Source: Mytilus edulis
Taxonomy: Eukaryota
Direction: 5' to 3'
NCBI RefSeq assembly: GCF_963676685.1
Contig: NC_092345.1
Coordinates: forward strand, 33,542,001-33,606,000
Length of the DNA: 64,000 nt
Part shown: piece by piece, positions 1 through 11,223 of the stretch
How the letters are laid out: each line of letters opens with the position of its first letter
Position numbering within the stretch: position 1 is the first letter of the stretch
Made by a program: the position numbers and the translations under genes
The notes under the pieces: model-generated
The model's database searches: none
Seen by the model: only the letters and a program-made list of their open reading frames with translations
What the model was told of the DNA's origin: nothing

Positions 1-164
1 ATCAATAACCGCGCCAACAAGACATAACAAGCTGCTACATTATTGTTAAGTAGCCAGTTTGCTGCAATAATCATTAAAAAGAAAATACAGTGAAGGATTT
101 TTTTTTACCGAGGCAGTTGCCTCGGTTAACTGCCTCGGTTGCCTCAACGTAAGCTACGCCCCTG
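1..164. mobile_element. Right end of a non-autonomous TIR DNA element (CAGGG-type, hAT-like), running off the window start
   Basis: Ends GAGGCAGTTGCCTCGG...TGCCTCAACGTAAGCTACGCCCCTG, closely resembling the right end of the complete element at 52108-53708 (GAGGCATTTGCCTC...TAGTTACGGCCCTG). Confidence 0.55.
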
Positions 165-505
165 AACACAGCAGATCATAGGATTGCGTTCAATTTTTTT
201 CATTATCTAAAAGACTATGTATGACTGACTTCTACCCAACTGCTATCAGACTGTGCACGACTTTAACTCGACCATTCACTAGTCCTTTTTAATGACTCCA
301 TCACAACTCCAACTCGACAACTAATTGAATGCATATCCGATAATTCCGACCAATTCACGAGTTCTACACGATCTTTATACTCGAAAAGCTAGACCACATC
401 AACTATACTCGATCTCAGCCTGATTTCGATCAGACAAGATCGATCTGATCGTATAAGGGTCGTAGGGGTGTCGGGATTGGTCGAGTATAGTATAAAAACG
501 TCCGA

Positions 506-790
506 TTTGTTTATGTCCCGCGGCAGCAGTACCCTTGTTCGTCCGTAAGGACGTACGTACGTTCGACCAATTAGTTTCTGTTCTGTAATTTTATTTTGCC
601 TCGATCAACCAAATATTATAAAACGTATACTTATATATACTAAATGTTTATAAATAAAACACAGATCCGAGCACAGATCAAGTGCGAATTTGGGTGGCGT
701 CGCTTTTACCGTTTTGAGTAAAGACATTTTCTAACGTTTATATTTAAGCTAGGGCATTATTTGTGACCCATGGACACATTCTCCGTTTAT
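506..790 (+). mobile_element. Short Helentron-like non-autonomous element (HINE/DINE-1-like)
   Basis: T-rich start, GTCC/GTAC microsatellite (GTTCGTCCGTAAGGACGTACGTACG) and a 3' hairpin-like end, the layout typical of molluscan HINEs. Confidence 0.35.
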
Positions 791-889
791 TTGGTTATAT
801 TCAGTAGTGTACAGAAGGTCTGAGTAAAATCATGCATTTAAAATATCTGCATGTAAATAAAGCAGTTGGATTTGTGAGCAAGGTGGTGA

Positions 890-1068
890 GAGCTCATGCA
901 GATAGACAGGTTAATAGCTGTGAGGGAGCTTGAAGAGGGCGTTGATGACGAAAAATAATGCATAGACAGCAACGAGCGTCGAGAAATTTAGCTGAGGCAG
1001 TGGCTGACACGGCCACCACCATGACCACTGTGTGGGCAGCATCAGAGACTTACAGGAGCTCAACAAAG
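890..1068 (+). pseudogene. Remnant of a PIF/Harbinger transposase N-terminus
   Basis: GC-rich island. Frameshifted translation RQQRASRN..LRQWLTR..PLCGQHQRL.QELNK resembles the Harbinger N-terminal RR.WVR.WL.RR...GQY..L..EL motif. Confidence 0.4.
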
Positions 1069-1084
1069 TGTTGGATGTGTACGG

Positions 1085-1873
1085 ATTGATAGTTTAGTCT
1101 TAGCCGGATGCATGATTTTTTTTATTAGTTGTTAGTGGCTTTGAACTAGCTGTCGGATAACTGCGAGTACTCTCAGATCTGTTCCTAGTGTCTTTTTGTT
1201 GTCGGGATGTACAAGTACCCGGTCACGTCCACTTGTATTTTTGTCCATCTGATGAGTTAAGCCTTTTTCAACTGATTTTTATAGTTCGTTCTTATGTTGT
1301 ACTGTTATATCACTGTCCCAGGTTAGGGGGAGAGTTGGGATACCGCTAACATGTTTTGTCACGGAATAGAAGTTCCTTCATAATATAAGTTCCAAAAGGA
1401 ACAGATATTCTGGAATATTATGTCCACAGGAATAAATATTACAGTATATGTTCCTAACGGAATAAATGGTATAGAATATTTGTTCCAACAGGAACAGATA
1501 TTATGACAATGTTTATAACAAAGTTTCCATTGGAACTTCTGTTAGGTGGAACAAATATACGTTGACAGTTTAACCCCGCCACATTATGTATGTATGTGCC
1601 TGTCCCAAGCCAGGAGCCTGTAATTCAGTGGTGTCGTTTGTTTGTGTTACATATTTGTTTTTCGTTCATTTTTTTTATATAAATAAGGCCGTTAGTTTTC
1701 TCGTTTGAATTGTTTTACATTGTCATATCGGGGCCTTTTATAGCTGACTATGCGGTATGGGCTTTGCTCATTGTTGAAGGCCGTACGGTGACCTATAGTT
1801 GTTAATGTCTGTGTCATTTTGGTCTCTTGTGGACAGTTGTCTCATTGGCAATCACACCACGTCTTCTTTTTTT
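1085..1873 (+). mobile_element. Non-autonomous interspersed repeat of the family ending ...AGTTGTCTCATTGGCAATCATACCACATCTTC (probably Penelope-mobilised)
   Basis: The same terminal motif recurs more than 10 times in the window in both orientations (e.g. ~24410, 28320, 28600, 30535, 37650, 46080, 53140, 61855), with variable truncation at the other end. Confidence 0.55.
1357..1567. mobile_element. MITE with TGT...ACA ends (Ginger-type), 4-bp TSD GTTT
   Basis: TGTCA...TGACA termini; GTTT at 1353-1356 and 1568-1571; internal GGAACAGATATT subrepeats; it interrupts the repeat at 1085-1873. Confidence 0.75.
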
Positions 1874-2984
1874 CTACTCAATGGTTACAAAAACATCCAT
1901 ATGGTGGACGCTGATATGTTATTGGAGTTATACTGCCCTTTTCTTGAAACCACAAAATGAGATTTGTCACTAGATTAGTACTTATGTTTAATAGCAATAT
2001 ACATAAATTTTACCATCCCCGTTTCCTTTCTTTCTTAAAAATCAAGCGTATTGATTGTGTCAATTAAGAGAATATGTGTGTAATCAGTATTTTTTACATA
2101 GATTTGATATCTAGAAGTTGATTAGTTCAAGATATTTCTTTTTGGTGTATCGATCCATGGCAACAACTGCATGTATTTGCTAAAAAATATTTCAAAAAGA
2201 GGATAAGAATGTTACTTATTTCCCCAAAATTTGAGTGATACCTTTTCTGAAACTGTTTTTATATATCTATCAAGAGATCAAATAAAAATCATTTGTGTTT
2301 TGATTCATTTTTGTTTAAAATTGCGTCAAAAAGGATTTGTGAATTATTTTTTTTGTAAACATTCGACCGTACGGTGACGTATAGTTGAAATCTTGTGTTA
2401 TTTGGTGTCCTGTGGCGAGTTTTCTCATTGTCAATATTACGACATCTTCTGATTTTTGTACTACAAATACTTCTGGACATACGGAAAATACGGAGAGTCA
2501 AGCAGAAAATAGCCAATAAAACAGGTAAAAAAACCTTATAAACCAAAGCTGATGTCCACTAATGAATTTTATTGCACAATTACTTTCATATTTGAAAAAT
2601 CCTCAGGGGCCAAAATTCAGAATCTGCTTCCCTTCCGGAACACCTGACATCATCCCAGATTTGTTGGGTTTCGGTTTGCTAAGTTTTTATTATTATTTGT
2701 TGTGTTATGTGGACTGATGTATAAAGTTGAGAAAGGAAATGAGGAATGTGTCAAAGCGACAACATCCCGACCATAGAGCAGAACAACAGCCGAAGGCAAC
2801 CAATGGGTCGTCAATTTAGCGAGAAACTCCCGCACCTGTATGTCTTCTTGTCGGTTTTCGTTTTTCGCAATGGCTGTTTCGGTTTGTTTTCGAACTTTGA
2901 ATTTGATTGATCCTTTGGTATTTTTTGCTTCTCTTTTTAAATTTTTCCCATATTGGAAAAAGACAGGCAAAGTTATGACAGTCA

Positions 2985-3396
2985 GAGCTGCACACACTTT
3001 TAGAGAATTGCGTATAGCAGTCATGTGTCCTCGTGTATGGCCTGGTAGAGATCGAAGAGGTGTCGAATGAGGTCGCGTCGAGATCGGGTATTGGTCGAGT
3101 TTGTCTGGAATGAAAAAATATAGAAGTCGCAGTGATCTGGAAACGAATAGGCATAGAGTTAATCTGGACCACATATCAAACAGGTCGGCGTTGATCGGGA
3201 AATGATCGGATATTAGTCGAGCAAATGTCGAGATGATCGAGTATTGATCGGTAAAATATTTGCATTCCAACCAAACTCGACCCATACACGATCCTTTCCC
3301 GATAACTCCGACCGCTACTCGACGTCTCCGATCTCTTCTGGAGTGACTGGCTTCTCGATCCTTACTCGAATGTTTTTGACATGTCAAACATTCTCG
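2985..3396. repeat. TCGA/GATC-rich quasi-palindromic repeat, similar in composition to 170-500 (possibly Harbinger-type subterminal sequence)
   Basis: Dense TCGA and GATCG motifs and the palindrome GAATGTTT(TT)GACATGTCAAACATTC. Confidence 0.35.
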
Positions 3397-3681
3397 TTTT
3401 AATTACTTTCTTAAACTAGCCTGGATTTCTACCAAACTTGGACAGAAGCTTGTTTATAGTATCCAGAAGTTAACTTTGTAAAAAAAAATATCCTGTTTTC
3501 CGTATTTCACTAATAAATGGACTTTTATTAGTTTATTAGATTCATAAACTATCCTGGATTTTTACTAAACTTTGACATTCTTAAGATAGTTTCGAGTGGT
3601 ATATTTTTGTTAATTTTTTCCTCATTTTTGTTGAGCCTGCGATTAACAGCAAAAGTAGGCGAGCCACTGGGTTCCGCAGAA

Positions 3682-6600
3682 CACAAGACAAAGACAAATA
3701 CTTTAGTAAAGTCTCACCTTATGTACATACATCTAAAACATATAAATACCGTAAACAGCAGCATATATACATAAGTCACTATAAAAAGAGTTATGAGAGA
3801 CTGATTAAAACACATTTGCATAAAAAAAATTAATATATATATATATACACGTATTAAACCGATGTGTTAAATCGACCTATATGAAAGGTTCACTTCAGCT
3901 TATACATAAAACACTCAAAAAGAGTAATGAGAACCTGATTAAAACATATTGACATAAAACATGTAAAAGTAATTTATATACAATCATTAAACATATAAAA
4001 CACCTTTTCTTTTTAATAATTTATCATGGAAGATTTTATCAGTATAAAATTGCATAATCATTATTCAACATAAATATAAGTTTTTCATCTTCAACTTTAA
4101 CTTACTTAACTTACTGCCCATTACGCCCATTGGCGTGTGGGGCAGCAACGAAGTTTCTCCACATCTGTCTGTTTTGTGTCATCTTCTTCAAGCTCCCCAA
4201 AGTATGTTGGAAATTTGCCATCTCAGACTCAACTGTGCGCCGCCATGTTATTTTAGGTCGTCCTCTGCGTCTCTTTCCCTCTGGGGTCCAGAACATTGCT
4301 GTGTTTGTAAGTTCTTCAGGGCTCTAACGTAAAACATGGCCAATCCATCTCCATCTTCTCCTGCTAATGAGTATGCCGATATCTCCCTGTTTGCATTTAA
4401 TGAGGAGGTCCTGGTTGGTGATTTTTTGTGGCCAAAATATCCTTAGGATTCTCCTCAGACTCTTGGTATGGAATGTAGAGAGCTTTTGTTGGTCTGCCTC
4501 TGTCATTCGCCAACATTCAGAACCATACAACAGGATAGGTAGTATACAACTGTTGTATAGATTTAGCTTTGTCCGGATGGTGTATTGACCGGATTTCCAT
4601 ACGGGCTGCAGGTTATTAAATGCAGCTCTAGCTTTTGACAGTCTTTGTTTGATGTCAGTGTTGGCTCCACCATCTGATCTTACAGTACTTCATAGGTAAG
4701 TGAAGGTATCGGTCTGTGGTAATGATTTCCCGTTTATTATAATTGGTGCTGGGTTGTTAGTGTTTAGACTCATTACTTCAGTTTTCTTAGTGTTTATTTT
4801 GAGACCTATCTGTCCTGCATACTTTTCTATTCGACTGGACTTTTCCTGGATATGTTGGTGAGTGTGCGATAGCATGGCAATGTCGTCAGCAAAGTCCAAA
4901 TCTTCAAGAATGGTGAAAGTTCTCCATCTTATGCCTCTTGGGATATCTGCAGTTGTTTGTCGCATCACCCAGTCAATGGCTTTTATAAATAGTGTAGATG
5001 ACATTACACATCCCTTGTCTTACTCCAGTTTTAATTGGGAAATAAAGTTGTTCACTTCCGACTGTACATTTGAAGTTTTCATAAAAAGCCTTGATTAGAT
5101 TGATCAGGTGTTGTGGGATGCCATAAAGTTGTATGATTTTCCAAAGGGTTTCCCTATGAATGCTATCAAATGCTTTTTCGAAAGTCCTGCCATTCTGTGC
5201 ATTGTTCAATGATATTTCTCAGGATGAAAATCTGGTCAACGCAGCCTTTTCCATTGCGAAATCCTGCCTGCTCCTTTCTGAGTAAACTGTCGATTGCTTC
5301 AGATATTCTTTTTATAATAATTTTGGCCATGATCTTGCTAGGAATATATATAAGGGTGATTCCAGTCCAGTTATTGCAATCATTTAATGCACCCTTTTTT
5401 AGGTATTTGGATGATAATACCTTTATCCCATTCTGTTGGTACTATAAGTTCTTTCCAGATCTTATGGAAAATTGGTTGGAGGGTATTGGCTGCTAAGATG
5501 GGATCAGTTTTTGTCAGTTCTGCATTCAGATTATCTGAACCAGGAGTTTTTCCGTTCTTTAGAGTTTTGACTACTGCTACAATTTCAGATATGGTGGGTG
5601 GTTCAATACTTATTCCCAGTTCAAAGCTAGGCTCTGGGATAGTAGGTAGTTCTTTTGGAGATGGTCTGTTCAAAATTTCACTGAAGTGTTCTGCCCATCT
5701 TTTTTCTTGTTCCTTTACTGATGTTAGTAAATTTCCCTGCTTGCTTTCACTGGGATGTTAGATGAAGACTTGCCTTTTCCACAGATCATTTTGGTAATTT
5801 TGTAGAGGTTGCCTTGCTCTCTTTTATTAGCCGCTTCTGCTTGATCTGCTAAATTATATATTTTCTCTTATCAGCTCTAACCAGTGTTTTGACATTGCGA
5901 TGTATGTCACTATATTCTTGTTGGTATTTGTCTTTCAATCTTGGTGATTTGGTATCATTGACTTTCTTTTTTGCCTGCCTTCTGATATTGATCTTGTTCC
6001 ATGTGTGATCCAATCTTTTTTCTTTGTCTTTTGCTTATAGCCTATACATTCCTCGCTACATTTAGTGTATATATCTGATATCTCATTGCAATTCTCATCT
6101 AATGTTTCATTTTCATCTCTTACTGAGTTTTCCAATACCTGGTATCTGTTCTGTAACTTTATGGCAAAATCTCTTTTAACCTTGATATCCTCCAGTTTAT
6201 CAATATCAAAACGCTTCCTTGATAGAACTTTCTTTCCAGTTGCCCTGAGTTTCAGTTGGATGAGAGCTGTTATCAGTTGGTAGTCAGATCCTACATCGGC
6301 TCCTCTCTTAACTTTCACATCTAATAATAATCTTCTCTTCTCCATGTGCTATTTATCATTAGATGATCAATCTGGTTTTTATCCCTGAGGTTTGGGGAAT
6401 ACCATGTTAGTTTGTGGATGTCTTTGTGTGGAAAAATGGAACCTCCTACTACTAAATTGTTTGTTGAGCAGAAATCGACAAGTCGTTCCCCATTCTCATT
6501 TATCTTACCACAACCATGCGTTCCCATAACTATTTCGTAGCCAGTGTTGTCCAAAACCACTTTAGCATTCATGTCTCCCATGATGACCTTATGTCATGGT

Positions 6601-7650
6601 TTGGTGTTTTATCAATTTTATGTTGTAATTGTTCGTAAAATACATCTTTGTTCTCTTCGTCAGCTGCATTCGTAGGAGCATACCATTGAAATAAAGTGAT
6701 GTTAATCTGTTTTCCTTTGAATCTTGCCATAATAATTCGACTGCTTATAGGTTTCCATTCTAATAGTGTTCTTTCTATACCCTTTTTGATGATTATTGCC
6801 ACTCCTTCATGATGTTGGTTATCATCTCGCCCAGAGTATATTACAGTAGATCCTGAAGTTGTTGTCATCCTGCCAGATTCTGTCCATCTACTCTCACTAA
6901 CGCCTAAGATATGTAATTTGTACCGCTGCATTTCTGAGGTTATTTGAGCCAATTTTCCTGCTGCATACATTGTTCTGACGTTCCAAATACCAGTTCTCGT
7001 TTTAGTTTTTGCCATGTTAAGGGTCTCCGTTATCCTGTTTGTAGTTTCCTTTCGGCTTTCACTACCTACATTCATCCTTGCTCCACTGTTGGTGCGTTGG
7101 AGACTCTCTTCACCATATTCTTCGTTGCTGTTTCTGTAACATGAGTTTTTTTTATTTGTTAGGGTCGTTAACCCTAAGCAAAACCTTCTACGTGAAGGGT
7201 CGGGTTATTCTGTAAGGGTTTTCCATCCCTTAGACGACTGCATGAGCTTACGAGTTCCATCTACCCGGATTTTCTTTCTGGATTAACTTCCATAGACGTT
7301 GACTTTCCAAAGTCACCAACAAGGCAGTGGGACTAATATCCCATAGCTGGGACAAGGTTGATGAGAGCCAGGGCGTATCCACTCGCCGGCGGGCCTGCAC
7401 TCTGCATCTTTAGGGCCCTTTTTTTCATCATCAAGCATACTAATAAAACTATTCTCAAAGTGACAAGCACGATCAAAAAAGCTATCAAGTAAATCTGCAT
7501 ATATTGGACATTGCAATAAAACATGTTTATCATTTTCATTATCATTACAATTAAAACACAACCTTTTTTCTAAACATAAATTCTCATATCTTCCTGTTTC
7601 TATTTTAATAGGTGCAACCCCACACCGAAATTTAGACATAGCACTCCTCT
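3682..7650 (-). mobile_element. 5'-truncated CR1/L2-group LINE 3' end (C-terminal Zn-knuckle plus 3'UTR), split by the RTE insertion
   Basis: 7421-7639 encodes KFRCGVAPIKIETGRY...CFNC...KHVLLQC. After removing the RTE it continues at 4080 as DDEK-LIFMLNND/MQFYTDKIFHDKLLKRKGVLYV*. The 3'UTR ends GTGAGACTTTACTAAAGTATTTGTCTTTGTCTTG at ~3682. Confidence 0.75.
4095..7420 (-). mobile_element. Full-length but decayed RTE-clade non-LTR retrotransposon (APE endonuclease + RT)
   Basis: Endonuclease motifs GIWNVRTM, LGVSESRW, YAPT, GDMNAK, NQIDH; RT motifs FEKAFDSIHR, GVRQG, LDFADD; C-terminus GKRRRGRPKITWRR; (TAAGT)n 3' tail; TSD TTTTTCATC[T/A]TCAA at 4081-4094 and 7421-7434; many frameshifts. Confidence 0.93.
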
Positions 7651-8339
7651 ATTTAATTTAATAGAACCTGGCAGTACAAATTTCACCATGATGGTGTGAA
7701 AAAGAAAACAAATAACAATTATCATGGTTATATGCAGTAACAGATTTATTTAAACTATTTTCTCTTTATCAATGCGTGTTATTCTGGTTGCGTAAATTGA
7801 TATCTTTATCGAATAAGAAAAAATAGACTATGTTGATTTTGATAATATCGAAATATTATAATTATGTCTTTGGAAGTCTCGGTAACAGCTGGTCTTTTAT
7901 TAATACAACATTACAAAGTGTATGATGCATTCATTTTCTACGATAGATGTATTATATTTTGACCAATAGATTAAATACAGCGAGTGTTAACTTTATAAAA
8001 ATTAATTTAAAAAAATAAAATTAAAAAATATGAAAGTTTATCGTGCATCAGTTCCCTTATGTACAACACTAATTAAGAAGTTATGCTATGTGCACAACCA
8101 CTGGCAAAGTGAACATGTAGGGTAAGTCTCGCACAACATGCATAGTGACATCTGATTGAGATTCCTATAACCACTGCTATATATATAGACTAATCTCTTG
8201 TAACGTGAAACATGTGCCTGAAGTTAAAATGCGGTACTATGACAGTATGAATCGAAATGTCGGAGAGTCTACCGTTTATACAATAAACATTAACAGTATT
8301 GCAGCTGAAGGGCTCCAACTAGTTAAAACATGTACAGTT

Positions 8340-8474
8340 CAGCCTTGCGATCATAAAACTTTCGAGTCAGTTTTTTGTACTCGTACTCGAAAATCAACCA
8401 ATCAAATTGCTGGATTTCATGTTTCGAGCATTTTTGTGCTCCGAGCACTGAGAAAAGTTTTATGCCTTCAAGGC
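8340..8474. mobile_element. Short MITE
   Basis: Imperfect TIRs GCCTTGCGATCATAAAACTTT / AAAGTTTTATGCCTTCAAGGC. Confidence 0.55.
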
Positions 8475-8645
8475 ACATAACACACTCTGTTCCAGCAATC
8501 AATCTTTGTGGTCTTCAATGAATAGAACATACGTGAGGGAATTCCAATGTATTGTTGCCACAGGCATTATACGTTCGTTTATGACTGGTAACTGATCGTA
8601 AAAATACGCGGACATTATCGAGTGCAAATAACATTCATTATTGCT

Positions 8646-9292
8646 TGTTATAATAGTTATCAAAGGTACCAGGATTATAATTTAGTACGCCAAACGCGCG
8701 TTTCGTCTACATAAGACCAGTGACGCTTATATCAAAATATTTATAAAGCCAAACAAGTACAAAGTTGAAGAGCATTGAGGATCCAAAATTCCCAAAAGTT
8801 GTGCCAAATACGACTAAGGTAATATATGCCTGGGATAAGAAAATTCTTAGGTTTTCGAAAAATTCAAACTTTTGTAAACAGGAAATTTATGAAAATGACC
8901 ACATTATTGATATTCATGTCAACACCGAAGTGTTGACTACTGGGGTGGTGATACCCTCGGGGACGAAACGTCCACCAACAGTGGCATCAACCCAGTGGTG
9001 TAAATAGTTATTAAAGGTACCAGGATTATAATTTAGTACGCCAGACGCGCGTTTCGTCTACATAAGACTTATCAGTGACGCTCATATCAAAATATTTATA
9101 AAGCCAAACAAGTAAAAAGTTAGAGCATTGAGGATCCAGAAATTCCAATAGGTTGTGCCAAATACGGCTAAGGTAATCTATGCCTGGGATAAGAAAATCC
9201 CTAGTTTTTCGACAAATTCAAACTTTTGTAAATAGGAAATTTATAAAAATGACCACATTATTGATATTCATGTCAACACCGAAGTGTTATAA
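8646..9292 (-). mobile_element. Non-LTR retrozyme: ~1.8 tandem copies of a ~351-355 bp monomer carrying a minimal type I hammerhead ribozyme
   Basis: Direct repeats 8652-9002 and 9003-9288, each with a hammerhead motif on the minus strand; flanking TGTTATAA at 8646-8653 and 9285-9292. Confidence 0.85.
9038..9082 (-). ncRNA. Minimal type I hammerhead ribozyme (G8A core variant, probably inactive)
   Basis: Minus strand GCGUCA-CUGAUAA-GUCU(UAUGU)AGAC-GAAA-CGCGC-GUC^UGGCGU: stem I, 4-bp stem II and a palindromic stem III loop. The copy at ~8687-8726 has lost AUGA from the core. Confidence 0.8.
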
Positions 9293-10200
9293 ATCCATTT
9301 CTTCAATTAATACTCATAAAACTATTTTTTTAGAACATAATTGATAATATGAAAATTTTTGACGTTTGATATATATATATATATATAATATAAGTTTTTT
9401 TTTAATTATTAAAATCTATGCACACGTACCGAAAATTATGTTAACGCATGCGAAATATCCCAAGAACATTTTGCGGGAAAATACGAATGCCTACTCAAAT
9501 CCAATCTGTGCGAAAAATAATCTGTTCGAAAAATCGAATTATTACAGAAGAGTGTCCATTATGCACTTGCACTGCAATATTATTAGAATAGTAGAATATA
9601 ATGATATACAAATGGAGGAAAATTATATAAACATGTAACTGTATTATACAAATATCAATATAATATATAGCAACAAACCAGAGTATACTGATTTGTATCA
9701 CTACAATATAATAGTTTTTACGAACTTGTCTCAGAAAAAAATACGCGATAAATCTGTACATTTACCTCACTTTCAGATATAAAGATGTGACCACCCACAA
9801 GAACTTGCGGTCATCCTATGTTTAGTTCTTCAGTACTTTGATAACTATTTGGCAAATATATTCTCGTTTTATCAAATTCAACATAGATTTATGTTGCTTA
9901 TTTAGAGTGGCATACCAAGGATAAATATGTTCAACTATGCATTTGCTCAAAACTTAATCACGGGTCTCATTCAGTATATCTATCGAGAAAAGTGATCATG
10001 AAATAATACATTATAGTGGTCAAATATTTCGATTGGATCATGAAAGCGCTAGTAAATCTTATCGAGAAGACATATGCAAGGTCACTACTATATCATATAG
10101 AGAGTCTCTATATATCATAGGATTATAATCATAGTATAAATGCAGAGTAACTCGAAAATATTTGTCCTGCCCCTAAGTTGATATGGAAATTATGTTTAAA

Positions 10201-10407
10201 GAGGGGAGTAAAAGGGGGTATCTGCGCGGAAGAACGCGAAATAATTAAAAATTGCCATTTCACGAAGAGCGAACAATCAAAAATGTCTTGCACGTTGATC
10301 TTTTTATCGATTTCACGAAACACAGTGAATAGCGAACCTTTTTCATGGCTGCACGTGAAATAAAAAGTGACAAAACACGTTGCACGAAAATAACCCTTTA
10401 CCCCCTC
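10201..10407. mobile_element. MITE with GAGGGG...CCCCTC ends
   Basis: TIRs GAGGGGAGTAAAAGGG / CCCTTTACCCCCTC and internal CACGAA repeats. Confidence 0.55.
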
Positions 10408-10419
10408 TTTTAAAGTTGA

Positions 10420-10651
10420 AACTTAGAAGTCTTGGGAATGATTTGAAGGGTCGATCTGATGACGGAAACAATATCCGGACGCCTTTTTCTTCGTTTTTCT
10501 CCCAAAATAACCCAAAATGAATAATCATAAGAATGGATGACAAATGCGACTATGCATGGTACATATAGGACATAGAGGCATGATGATTAATTTATTGGGG
10601 AAGGAAGAGAAGCGACACACCAAATGAGGTCTTCTCGTTTAATAGTATAGA
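10420..10651 (-). mobile_element. Probable Helitron 5' terminal fragment
   Basis: The minus strand begins A|TCTATACTATTAAACGAG, a typical Helitron 5'-TC end. No matching CTRR 3' end was identified. Confidence 0.45.
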
Positions 10652-10850
10652 TACGGACAAATTTACACGAAAAAATTTAGACTGTCTTTCAAAATGGTGC
10701 AACATTAGATCAATATCTAAGAAAGTCAAGAGAAATCATGAAATAGTAAGGTTTGAAGTACACCGTTTTTACAACACTACAATAGGCAGATTGCTGATGG
10801 AGATTCAATATGTAGACACACACGATTTCTTTTCATAATTCGGATGGCTT

Positions 10851-11053
10851 TATAAATTGTCTTTGCTAAAAGTCATCCAATTTTTATATATATAATACTA
10901 ATCAGAAAATTTGCAAAATATTAGGTATTCACAAAAAATGATTTTTCGGTTTACAAATTGTCTTTGCTAAAAGTCATCCAATTTTAATATATATAATACT
11001 AATCAGAAAATTTTCAAAGTATAAGGTATTCACAAAAAAATGATTTTTCGGTT
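10851..11053. repeat. Tandem duplication of ~101 bp
   Basis: TA[T/C]AAATTGTCTTTGCTAAAAGTCATCC...GATTTTTCGGTT occurs twice, head to tail. Confidence 0.9.
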
Positions 11054-11223
11054 CGTGAAAAATCACATACCACTTTTTGAAGATCGTGAACAGTATCGTG
11101 AAAGATCTTTTTCTACAAAAACGTTCATATCAGTATTCAATTATAAGATAACTTATGTTTTAAATTCATATATCAAATACTGGATTTGCATGACTCATTC
11201 CGGTTCTCTTTTGGTGGTGAATA

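Noticed and set aside
1245-1290. CTGATGAG motifs as hammerhead cores (also ~10456 and ~22435)
   Set aside because: No stem II followed by GAAA and a cleavage triplet in a valid arrangement.
2650-3387. 245-aa ORF and overlapping ORFs
   Set aside because: They cross several unrelated repeat fragments and show no recognisable domain.
7340-7420. Possible HDV-like ribozyme at the RTE 5' end
   Set aside because: Some P1/P2/P4-like pairings exist, but I could not place a canonical L3, P1.1 or catalytic C.
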